Shown one piece after another: positions 18,995 through 27,227 of a DNA stretch of 64,000 nt. Each line of letters starts with the position of its first letter. Within the stretch, counting starts at the first letter, position 1. The DNA is taken from positions 1 to 64,000 of IMG/VR virus record IMGVR_UViG_3300042516_005475, one strand, 5' to 3'. Position numbers and translations under genes: made by a program. Below the pieces are notes generated by a model. The model ran no database searches, was not told the DNA's origin, and saw only the letters and a program-made list of their open reading frames with translations.

Positions 18995-19279
18995 CTAAAA
19001 GTTAAACATTGGTGACTCTCCCTGAAAGAACTTAACAGACCCAACATTCAATAGAGATTTAATCTTTTGTTTATCTTCCTGTGTAAGAAGTGTAAACATA
19101 TTTCTATATGTCTCGTCTGCTATATTAATGTTCTTTCGCTTGCACATACCACAGCTAGTCTTTCTAGCAGTACTAACAACACCCATGAAGCTTTGTATCT
19201 TAGTGCTTGTAAAGTGAGTATTGTTTGTATTAAGAAAATCGTAAAACTCGTTGAAGTTTTTAAAAATATGTTCGCTCAT
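18995..19279 (-). CDS. Hypothetical protein (CxxC)
   Basis: ORF with SCGMC; overlaps the upstream gene by ATGA. Confidence 0.55.
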   Translation of the reverse strand: MSEHIFKNFNEFYDFLNTNNTHFTSTKIQSFMGVVSTARKTSCGMCKRKNINIADETYRNMFTLLTQEDKQKIKSLLNVGSVKFFQGESPMFNF

Positions 19280-19623
19280 AGTTCTAGCTTTTTAATTAAT
19301 AAGTATGAAATATAGATACCATACCAATACAATGATACATAAAAAAAGTCTGGAATAATATTTATACTGAACAATAATACTGAAGACCAAAAAGAAATAC
19401 AAAACGGGCAAGCCAGCAGACTGGTAATAACATTTTTATATTCTGTTTCTAAAAACAAAGGGAAGTCAATGTTGTTTAAATTTCTTCGCCATCTCCTCAC
19501 AAGGCCTACTTGATCCATTGATACAAAAGAAAGAACATCTGGAATAAGACTAGTGTCCTTCCAGATGTAAATTAACAACGAAATAAAAATAACTAGACAT
19601 ACGCTTAAATCAAACAAGCTCAT
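19276..19623 (-). CDS. Hypothetical membrane protein
   Basis: Hydrophobic segments; CPFCISFW. Confidence 0.6.
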   Translation of the reverse strand: MSLFDLSVCLVIFISLLIYIWKDTSLIPDVLSFVSMDQVGLVRRWRRNLNNIDFPLFLETEYKNVITSLLACPFCISFWSSVLLFSINIIPDFFYVSLYWYGIYISYLLIKKLEL

Positions 19624-19660
19624 ATATCTAGTTATTTATATGTATCAGACTTTCAAGCCC

Positions 19661-20392
19661 TTAAACCTTGAGAGCTTTATTCCACAAGACCAATTGCAAT
19701 CGAGGACTAAAGTTAAAACCATGCTTCTTGCAAACCTCTGCTACCCAAGGAGCAACAGCATTATGCTCATCTCGAGAACCACAGCAAGGCATCAACCAAA
19801 TTTGATCTTCAGTAATACTAAAAGGTTTGATATACTTTTCGATAATCTCTTCAACATCACTATCTTTCTGCACAACAAACTTAAAGTAAGAGTAGATACT
19901 AGCGTGGTAAGCAATAACCTCTGGAACGTATCTCTTCTCTTCTGGATCTCCGTTAGTAGACAACTTAGGAGACACAGTAAAAGTAGCATTTATACTTTCC
20001 CAAAAACTTGAAGGATTAATCGTACAGTTAGTTTCAAAATCAATAACAGGATAGAAATCGAACTTTCTGAAAAAGGCTTCAATAAACTCAATCAAAGCCT
20101 TTTGCTGAATAAGAGGTTCACCACCAGTAATCTTAAGAACATGATTGCCTTTCAACTTATTTAGGTAATCATTATCTTCAAAGATCTTAAAGATCTCTTC
20201 AAAGGTTAGCTTATTCTTCTTAGACCAGCTAACATAGCTATCACAACCAAACGGAGAATCAGGAGACTTAAACCCGATGCAAGTCAAGTTGCACATTGCC
20301 AATCGCATGAAGATGCTTGGCTTACCAACCAAATGACCTTCACCTTCGATAGTTTCAAAGACAAAGTCATCAGAGAGAAATAATGAACTCAT
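19661..20392 (-). CDS. queE: 7-carboxy-7-deazaguanine synthase (radical SAM)
   Basis: FETIEGEG, FMRLAMCNLTC...CDS, ITGGEP, ETN, TVSPK, SPRLQ. Confidence 0.9.
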   Translation of the reverse strand: MSSLFLSDDFVFETIEGEGHLVGKPSIFMRLAMCNLTCIGFKSPDSPFGCDSYVSWSKKNKLTFEEIFKIFEDNDYLNKLKGNHVLKITGGEPLIQQKALIEFIEAFFRKFDFYPVIDFETNCTINPSSFWESINATFTVSPKLSTNGDPEEKRYVPEVIAYHASIYSYFKFVVQKDSDVEEIIEKYIKPFSITEDQIWLMPCCGSRDEHNAVAPWVAEVCKKHGFNFSPRLQLVLWNKALKV

Positions 20393-20422
20393 AATTTAAT
20401 GATATAGGAATCACTCTTAAGT

Positions 20423-21118
20423 TCAAGCCCATTTAGTACCAAAGTCCCAGGTACTAGGACGATTCTTACCACCGACTGGAACCCCTTGCGGAGGAGCATC
20501 AGTCTGCTTAGGGGTAACCCTAACTGGTTTATTTGTGTCATAAGCCAAGGCTTCAGTCTGCTTTTCAGACTTAGCAGGCGGAGCCCAGACAGGTTCAGCA
20601 GTCTTACCCTTCTTGCCTTTGCCTTTAGCAGGCGCAGCCTCAGCTTCATCAGCAACTTCTGCTGTAGATTCTTGAGCAGTTTCAGCAGAATAAATAGCAG
20701 AGTTCTTCTCATGCTCAAACACCTCAACAGAATGAGCTCGAACTCGACCGCTAGTCTTATGCTTCACGTAGCTATCTGCAGCATTAAAGCAATACTTTGC
20801 AAACAACTCAATTCCAACCCCTTCATCCATAACAACGATTGAGGCAGCTCCAGCCTTTTCAAGAGCCTCAAACTCTTTCATAGCAGGGTCATTCTTAGCA
20901 AGAACGAGAGTATGATCAAACTTCTCCTGCAAGAATCCCTTCAATTCGTCAAAGTCTCCGAAGTCAACAACCCAATTGTTGCCGTCAAGAGAATCAGAAG
21001 TAAACGTAAATTTACCAACCAATCGATAACCATGAATGAATCTGCAATGGGACTTTGCATTAGGCTGACGAAATGCAGCACTTCCGAGTTCAATAACCTT
21101 CGTGGAATAATATCTCAT
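20423..21118 (-). CDS. queD: 6-carboxy-tetrahydropterin synthase with a low-complexity C-terminal extension
   Basis: SHCRFIHGY, WVVDFG, FDHT, EHEKNSA; start trimmed to MRYYSTK. Confidence 0.85.
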   Translation of the reverse strand: MRYYSTKVIELGSAAFRQPNAKSHCRFIHGYRLVGKFTFTSDSLDGNNWVVDFGDFDELKGFLQEKFDHTLVLAKNDPAMKEFEALEKAGAASIVVMDEGVGIELFAKYCFNAADSYVKHKTSGRVRAHSVEVFEHEKNSAIYSAETAQESTAEVADEAEAAPAKGKGKKGKTAEPVWAPPAKSEKQTEALAYDTNKPVRVTPKQTDAPPQGVPVGGKNRPSTWDFGTKWA

Positions 21119-21157
21119 ACTCAGATATGTTATGAACATTTTTCCTAGAATCAAGCC

Positions 21158-21185
21158 TTGACTTGAACGAATTTGTCTCTATAAT
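21158..21185 (+). promoter_or_regulatory. Sigma70-type promoter of folE
   Basis: TTGACT-N16-TATAAT, with ATG 6 nt downstream. Confidence 0.7.
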
Positions 21186-21191
21186 AGGCGT

Positions 21192-21848
21192 ATGAATGAT
21201 GAGATTAGAGAGAAAGATTACCTCCTCCCGACTGCTAACAGTTCTATGGCTTTGACAGAAGAGCAAAAGCTTGCTATTATCGACAAGGGTGCTAAGGCAT
21301 ATGAGACTTTTTTGGATGCTCTTCGCATTGACTGGCGTAATGATCCGAATAGCGCAGGTACTCCTCGACGTGTTGCAAAGTCGTACGTGTTTGATTTAAT
21401 CTCTGGGTGCTATGAGGCTCCGCCGAAGATTACTTCTTTTCCTGCTGATGGTTATGATGGCATCGTCTCTCAGACGAATATTCCGTTGACTAGTATGTGT
21501 AGCCATCACCATTTGGCCTTTACTGGATTGGTGCATGTTGCTTATATTCCTAGTCTTGAAGGTCGTGTTATTGGCTTGAGTAAGCTCAATCGTATTGTTG
21601 AGTTTTATGGTCGTCGACCTCAGATTCAAGAAGGTTTGACGATGCAGATTCATAAGGCTATTAACGAGGTCTGCGAGCATAACAAGGGTGTTGCAGTTGT
21701 TGTTAAGGCTCAGCATACTTGTGCTTGTAATCGAGGTGTGAGACATCAAGGTTGTTATATGGTTACATCTAAGCTGTCTGGAGACTTCTATGATGACGAG
21801 AAGACTCGCAAGGAGTTTTACGACTTTATTAAAATGGCTGAAGAGTAG
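21192..21848 (+). CDS. folE: GTP cyclohydrolase I
   Basis: TPRRVAK, SMCSHH, GLSKLNRIV, RPQIQE, HTCACNRGV. Confidence 0.95.
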   Translation: MNDEIREKDYLLPTANSSMALTEEQKLAIIDKGAKAYETFLDALRIDWRNDPNSAGTPRRVAKSYVFDLISGCYEAPPKITSFPADGYDGIVSQTNIPLTSMCSHHHLAFTGLVHVAYIPSLEGRVIGLSKLNRIVEFYGRRPQIQEGLTMQIHKAINEVCEHNKGVAVVVKAQHTCACNRGVRHQGCYMVTSKLSGDFYDDEKTRKEFYDFIKMAEE

Positions 21849-21880
21849 TCTTTCTACCTGGCTGCAGTAAATAATACTGT

Positions 21881-22417
21881 ATGTCAGGCGCATTTGAACA
21901 TAAAATTTTAACTGTTAGTCAGTCAAAGCAAGCCGGTCTTCTTGGCCCAGCGAAAATCGCTGCTAGTAAACCCGATACAGGTGTTACTATAGTCAAGAAG
22001 TCGGCTTATTTTGTTATTAGGGATTGTGCAAAAATTACTGAAAAGTATCTCGTACACCATGTTTGGGGTGAAATTAAAAACCCCATTGATAGGCTCGAAG
22101 GAGCATTTACCAGAGCTGAAATTGAAGATTTCTTATCTAGAGCCAAAAGAGATACTGAAACACAGCAATTGTGTTCTGTAATTCTAGAAGACATTCATAA
22201 GAAGAATAAGCTTGAAAATACAGGCATTGTATCTCCTGTAGCTGATGCTCCGGTAGTTAAATTTGACTTTACCGAATTTGAGAATGATAAGATTTATGGT
22301 GATTATGATACTGGCGCTCCACAAGCAGACGTTGTAGAAATTCCAACTGGGGTGTTACCAGAAAAAGAAAAGTCAACTTATGAGCTATTTCTTGAAGCCT
22401 TTAAACCTAAGTTATAA
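21881..22417 (+). CDS. Hypothetical late protein upstream of the tubulin gene
   Basis: ORF preceded by TAAATA. Confidence 0.6.
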   Translation: MSGAFEHKILTVSQSKQAGLLGPAKIAASKPDTGVTIVKKSAYFVIRDCAKITEKYLVHHVWGEIKNPIDRLEGAFTRAEIEDFLSRAKRDTETQQLCSVILEDIHKKNKLENTGIVSPVADAPVVKFDFTEFENDKIYGDYDTGAPQADVVEIPTGVLPEKEKSTYELFLEAFKPKL

Positions 22418-22425
22418 ATAAAATT

Positions 22426-23532
22426 ATGAGTGATGATACATCTTTCGATATGGAGTTGCCAGACATTCCAATGCCTGGTCAAGAAATTAATACCGACATT
22501 GAAGACAAGATACAAGTAGGGTTTAAGTTTAGCTTTGTTGGAGCTGGTCAAGGTGGTTCAAGAATCGCTGAAACCTTTCACAAGCTTGGCTACAAGAGAA
22601 CCTGTGTGCTTAATACCGCTCAGCAAGACTTGGCAACAATTGAAGTTCCAAACAAGCTTAAGATTGGTACTGATTCTGGAGCAGGTAAGAATAGAGAAGT
22701 TGCTAAACAGGCTTTAATTGAACAGAGAGAAGATGTTCTTGATCTATTCAGAAAGTCTTTTGCTGGTAACTTTGATCGTATTTTTGTTTGCGCTGGTGCT
22801 GGTGGTGGTACTGGTTCTGGAACAACAACTGAGCTAATTAAGATTGCTAAAGACTACCAAGATTCAATTAAATCTACTTCTGAAAAGGTTGGTGTATTTT
22901 TAGCCTTGCCAAAGAACACTGAAGGTAAGAAGTGTGCTGAGAACGCTCTTAAGACTTTAACTGAGGTTCTTGAGCTCGTAGATCAAGGAATTGTTTCTCC
23001 ATTGGTTATTATTGATAATGAGAAGATTAATACAATCTATCCAAGATTGTCTATTAATCAGTTCTGGAATACTTCTAACAACAGCATCTGTTCTCTATTC
23101 AATCTATTCAATAACATTATTACAAAGAACAGTAGCTATACTTCTTTTGATAATAAGGATTATAAGACAGTGCTTGATAGTGGTATTATTGTATTCGGTG
23201 CAACCCAAGTTACTCAATGGTCTGACGGTACTGAGATTTCTAAAGCTATGAGAGATAACCTCAAGAAGAATATCTTGTCTGGTGGCATTGATCTCGGTAC
23301 TGGTAACATTGCTGCTGCAGTTGTTGTTGGAGATTCAAATGCTCTTGACAATATTCCACAAGAGTATCTTGATCAGGCTTTTGAGCAGCTTACCCGTACA
23401 TTGAAAAACAACTCAACTGTACACCAAGGTATCTATAAAGGTAACAAGGCTGGCTTGAGTATCTTTACTGCAATCGGTGGTTTAGGTAAACCAACCGCTA
23501 AAATAGAAGAGCTTAAGAAGTTATCTACTTAG
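22426..23532 (+). CDS. Tubulin/FtsZ-superfamily GTPase (TubZ/PhuZ/CetZ-like)
   Basis: VGAGQGGSRI (T1), GAGKN (T3), GAGGGTGSG signature, IIDNEK, FDNKD (T7-like). Confidence 0.9.
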   Translation: MSDDTSFDMELPDIPMPGQEINTDIEDKIQVGFKFSFVGAGQGGSRIAETFHKLGYKRTCVLNTAQQDLATIEVPNKLKIGTDSGAGKNREVAKQALIEQREDVLDLFRKSFAGNFDRIFVCAGAGGGTGSGTTTELIKIAKDYQDSIKSTSEKVGVFLALPKNTEGKKCAENALKTLTEVLELVDQGIVSPLVIIDNEKINTIYPRLSINQFWNTSNNSICSLFNLFNNIITKNSSYTSFDNKDYKTVLDSGIIVFGATQVTQWSDGTEISKAMRDNLKKNILSGGIDLGTGNIAAAVVVGDSNALDNIPQEYLDQAFEQLTRTLKNNSTVHQGIYKGNKAGLSIFTAIGGLGKPTAKIEELKKLST

Positions 23533-24151
23533 CCTTGTTGAGGATGTCGAATAAAGTTTTGGCATCCTCTTCACTTGTACCAGGTGGCAATGCAGCTTTA
23601 AAAGCATAATAATCACCAGCTTTAGCAAGGGCTCTTACTTTAGAGCCCTTTACTGTTTTTACATCATTAGGATCTATTTTACCCGACATTGCTCTTTCAC
23701 CACCTAGAGAAACAACACCAACCTTAGTTCCATCTCTCATTGGAGTCTTAAATGTTTCTTCGTTATCAGCTTTACGATCACTACCGCTAATTATGCTTAC
23801 AATAGGGTATTTTAAAACGTTGTGTAAGTAACCTGCAGCATGTTGAGGGGTAGTAATTCTATCATTTTCAACAACGTTAATATCTGCGTAGTTTGGATTG
23901 GTTTTAAATACAGATAGCCTTGCTTTGTATGGAACAGGGTTCTTATCTCCCTTTTCACTTGGAGATAAGAATACATAGAAGTCTGCGTTATTTTTATCTG
24001 CGTATTCTTTAGCGAGTTTAATTAGGTAGTCATGACCAGCTGTTGGAGGATGCATTCTTCCAAATATAAAGTATGCAGCATCTTTCTTCTGCTTAGAGTT
24101 TAAGTCTGCATGAGTTACAACTGCCTCGTATATCTCATTAAAGGTTTTCAT
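23525..24151 (-). CDS. Cytidylyltransferase-like (HxGH-type) nucleotidyltransferase
   Basis: FIFGRMHPPTAGH, KNP, GSDR, GSKVRA; family familiar from T4-like phages. Confidence 0.75.
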   Translation of the reverse strand: MKTFNEIYEAVVTHADLNSKQKKDAAYFIFGRMHPPTAGHDYLIKLAKEYADKNNADFYVFLSPSEKGDKNPVPYKARLSVFKTNPNYADINVVENDRITTPQHAAGYLHNVLKYPIVSIISGSDRKADNEETFKTPMRDGTKVGVVSLGGERAMSGKIDPNDVKTVKGSKVRALAKAGDYYAFKAALPPGTSEEDAKTLFDILNKAK

Positions 24152-24591
24152 TATTCGTCTCTAGTTTCAGCTGTATCTGTTTCAGATGGAATTTCAAGAA
24201 GACCAGCATCATCAATAACCTTCTTTAATACACCTAACATTTCTTCAGCGTTCTTGGCCGTTACTTTCTTAGTGAGTAAATTGGTTTGAAATCCACTAAG
24301 ATCAACTGTATTAGGATCTAACCAGAAGGCTTTTTTTATCAGGTTAATGAGATAGATTACACCTTCTGGGGTTGGTGTTTTATCTTCTTCCTCTTCTGGC
24401 TCGTCATCAATAGGAGTAGTTGCGTCTTGTGGCATTGGCATATCACCTGTTGCCAATGACTGTGGTCCTTCAGGAGCATCTCCAATTTGAGGAGAAGAAG
24501 GAATTGCGACACCACCTTCACCCTGTTCATTAATTTGAAGAAGGTATTTTACAACGGTAGCGTCAAAGGATGATATATTAGGCTTGGGCAT
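24151..24591 (-). CDS. Hypothetical acidic protein
   Basis: ORF coupled to neighbouring genes. Confidence 0.6.
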   Translation of the reverse strand: MPKPNISSFDATVVKYLLQINEQGEGGVAIPSSPQIGDAPEGPQSLATGDMPMPQDATTPIDDEPEEEEDKTPTPEGVIYLINLIKKAFWLDPNTVDLSGFQTNLLTKKVTAKNAEEMLGVLKKVIDDAGLLEIPSETDTAETRDE

Positions 24592-25039
24592 AGCTTACTC
24601 TTGGTCTATTTGGATTGTTTAAGGTTTCAACGTTATCGCTTACTACTGTCTTTGAAAGATTGGCTTCTTTATCTACATCCGGATTTAAGGAATTAACATT
24701 ACCAGTCTTCTTAATCTTACTCATGGTCTTTATCTTAGCAACAATTTCTTGCTCAGGCTGAGTCAAAGGCTTACCTACAGCTAGCTTGTTAATTGTAGTT
24801 CTGATATCACCTTCATTGTCCTGAAGTTGTAATCTTGCAATAGATCTTGGTGTACCAGCTCTAATTTTTGTCTTGTCAATATCTTGTTCTAAATCACCTG
24901 CATCCATCATACCTGGCAATGGTCTAATAGGGCTAGCATTAGGATTAATACCTGTATTGCCTGATTGGCCGAAAGTACCTGCTGACGAATACTCAAGAAG
25001 ACTGTAGTATTTGTTAAGAGTTTCCTCAAATTTACTCAT
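24578..25039 (-). CDS. Hypothetical late protein (N-terminus MSKFEETLNKYYSLLE)
   Basis: TATAAATA 5 nt before ATG 25039. Confidence 0.65.
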   Translation of the reverse strand: MSKFEETLNKYYSLLEYSSAGTFGQSGNTGINPNASPIRPLPGMMDAGDLEQDIDKTKIRAGTPRSIARLQLQDNEGDIRTTINKLAVGKPLTQPEQEIVAKIKTMSKIKKTGNVNSLNPDVDKEANLSKTVVSDNVETLNNPNRPRVSYAQA

Positions 25040-25043
25040 ACTA

Positions 25044-25577
25044 TTATTTATACAATCCATGCTTTACTTTCAGATCGTTAAAGTACTCTTCTGATAAAAA
25101 CGTTAATTTATACTTCTTTGCGAATGTTTTAATACTTCTAAATGAAAAATCTTTTTTGTTCTTTTTATCTATCTGAATCTTTAGCTTTTCTTTTAATTCC
25201 TGCATTTCTCCTGAATTAAACTTATCATCAATACATTCAAATGGAAGTTTATCACAGTAAAAAACAATAGGTAAAGTCTTGTTTAATCTACTAATTAATA
25301 ATTCTACCTCTTTATCTGATAAATTATCTTGAGTGTTAAAATAAAAAACATAAGCAAAATATGTTTTTTCTTTGTTATAGATTTCACAAACTGTCTTAAT
25401 AAAGTTGTGGTAGAAAAACTGTTTGTGGTGGTCTGTGTTTATTGAAAATAATTGACCGTAGTACTCAACAACATCGCTTATCGTCTGTGGTATAATTTCC
25501 TCTTCTAATAAGAATTTTAAATCTATTAACGAAATCGTGTTAAGATTAAGCTTCTTTATATATTTTTTCTTCTCCAC
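25044..25577 (-). CDS. Hypothetical protein
   Basis: 177-aa ORF. Confidence 0.55.
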   Translation of the reverse strand: MEKKKYIKKLNLNTISLIDLKFLLEEEIIPQTISDVVEYYGQLFSINTDHHKQFFYHNFIKTVCEIYNKEKTYFAYVFYFNTQDNLSDKEVELLISRLNKTLPIVFYCDKLPFECIDDKFNSGEMQELKEKLKIQIDKKNKKDFSFRSIKTFAKKYKLTFLSEEYFNDLKVKHGLYK

Positions 25578-25603
25578 AACGAGATTGTAACGGTGATTTA
25601 TTC

Positions 25604-26014
25604 TTATTCAACTGGTTTCTTAAGAAACTTTTTCAGTCTAATATTTATAATACCGTTGTAACAATTCGGGTCAAAAAGCACTCTGCTCTCCATCTGAAGT
25701 CTTGCTTCTTCGTACGCACAGTCCCACTTAGATTTAGCCAAGAATAGTATTTCTCTCTTGAAGCTTTCTTTTCCATATTTCTGAATATCTTTTAATAACT
25801 CTTCTGACGAGCCCCAGTACTCTTTCCAATCAGAAGATTGCTTTTCATGCCGCTTATTTTTCTTGCCTTTGAGTGGTGGTCTCTTTAGAATCTTCCAGAA
25901 GAACTTTTTACCAATGTAATATTTACCAGTTGGTATATGGGTAATTTTATAGACGAAGCCTACATAGTCGTCTAGGTTAATATCTTCTGCCAAATTTTGC
26001 CAACTTACATCCAC
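25604..26014 (-). CDS. GIY-YIG endonuclease (Seg-like)
   Basis: GFVYKIT...KYYIGKK...YWGSS...FKREIL...E...YNG. Confidence 0.85.
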   Translation of the reverse strand: MDVSWQNLAEDINLDDYVGFVYKITHIPTGKYYIGKKFFWKILKRPPLKGKKNKRHEKQSSDWKEYWGSSEELLKDIQKYGKESFKREILFLAKSKWDCAYEEARLQMESRVLFDPNCYNGIINIRLKKFLKKPVE

Positions 26015-26547
26015 ACTACACCTGTCCCGGTAATATGTCCGATGTGGGAAATATCTTCTTTTTTGTGAATAATATTATTCCAAAAAGCTCTCATTTCATT
26101 ATTAAGATGGATATCATCAAATAATAAAAGCCCTTTATAGTTAATCTTTATAAGCCAATCATAAAAAAGCTTTTCATGTATACCATTATGATCAGTATCA
26201 TACATTATAAATGGAGAATTTTTAATTAAATCCTCTCTTAAAAGAACATCTCCTATTATAAATGTGTAATTACTTGGAAGGGTACAAGTAATACTATTAT
26301 TTAAATCAAAACCAGTTACCTTATTTTCAATATTTTCACTTAATGCGCAACCAGACATACCTTTTAAAACACCAACTTCAACCAATGAGGTTTTATTAAA
26401 TTGGTAACCTAACCAAACAAGTAGCCTATAATGCTCAATTCCAGCTTGCATTGGTATATACTTTGCGTAATCATCTTCCTTTGGAATTCTATTAAGAACA
26501 CCAGACATGTCAATACTATCAAGATCTTCTTTGGATGGCCAATTCAT
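26005..26547 (-). CDS. Class I SAM-dependent methyltransferase-like protein
   Basis: VEVGVLKGMSG, YDTDH, GLLLFDDI, TGTGVV. Confidence 0.65.
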   Translation of the reverse strand: MNWPSKEDLDSIDMSGVLNRIPKEDDYAKYIPMQAGIEHYRLLVWLGYQFNKTSLVEVGVLKGMSGCALSENIENKVTGFDLNNSITCTLPSNYTFIIGDVLLREDLIKNSPFIMYDTDHNGIHEKLFYDWLIKINYKGLLLFDDIHLNNEMRAFWNNIIHKKEDISHIGHITGTGVVWM

Positions 26548-26767
26548 ATTTTTTCTTTTTCTTATTTAGCGATTTGGGTCTTTTATTCAATCTAGTAGAA
26601 CCTTTTGGAAATACCTGACGAGCGTCGTTACTGGCATACCAGTCTGTAGTTTGAATGGCATTACCAAAGCTACCCATACCACCCGGAGCATATGCATTTC
26701 CAAATGATGAATTAGTACCTCCAGCTAGGTTCATTTCAGAAAAGAATCTTTTTTCGTATGAGAGCAT
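26519..26767 (-). CDS. Small late protein (N-terminus MLSYEKRFFSE)
   Basis: TAAATA 5 nt before ATG 26767. Confidence 0.6.
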   Translation of the reverse strand: MLSYEKRFFSEMNLAGGTNSSFGNAYAPGGMGSFGNAIQTTDWYASNDARQVFPKGSTRLNKRPKSLNKKKKKYELAIQRRS

Positions 26768-26779
26768 ATAACTATTTAT

Positions 26780-26807
26780 TTGCATTCTGTTTTTTATTGT
26801 ATATAAT
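26780..26807 (+). promoter_or_regulatory. Sigma70-type promoter of the uvsY operon
   Basis: TTGCAT-N16-TATAAT, with ATG 6 nt downstream. Confidence 0.65.
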
Positions 26808-26813
26808 TCCTTT

Positions 26814-27227
26814 ATGAGTGTTGTTGCTGACGAAACGGTTCTCGAAAGATATAGTAAAGAACTAACTGATTTCTGTACTATTAATGAGTTTACTGTAAAA
26901 GAAAAACAACTTCAATTACCAGCATTTAAACACTTGTTCGTAGGCCGCCTTATTAGACATAAAATCTATGCTAGTAAGTTAAAGTCTCAAAAAGAAAAGC
27001 TCCGCTCTGAACTAGCCCACGCTGCTGCAAAGGCTGCTCCTGTAGCCCTAGACTTCTCTAAAGTGGAGAAAGCTATGGAAAGTAATGAGAAAATTGTGGA
27101 TCTTAACAATCAGATATACTATAATACACTCATAATAGAGTATCTCGAAAAAGTAGAAAAAGTTCTTTCATCAATAACATATGATATAAAGAACATCGTC
27201 GAGATAATGAAACTTGAGACTACATGA
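26814..27227 (+). CDS. uvsY: Recombination mediator, UvsY-like
   Basis: Helical 137-aa protein with EYLEKVEK...TYDIKNIVE; directly upstream of uvsW. Confidence 0.75.
   Translation: MSVVADETVLERYSKELTDFCTINEFTVKEKQLQLPAFKHLFVGRLIRHKIYASKLKSQKEKLRSELAHAAAKAAPVALDFSKVEKAMESNEKIVDLNNQIYYNTLIIEYLEKVEKVLSSITYDIKNIVEIMKLETT

Noticed and set aside
19640-21893. Overlapping ORFs of 100-165 aa around queE, queD and folE, and similar ones inside gp43, gp32 and gp18
   Set aside because: They are alternate-frame or antisense shadows of genes with clear motifs and have no independent promoter or recognisable domain.
22426-23532. Nucleus-forming (chimallin-type) jumbo phage inferred from the tubulin
   Set aside because: The gene set is T4-like with gp55; no chimallin or multisubunit phage RNA polymerase is recognised in the window.
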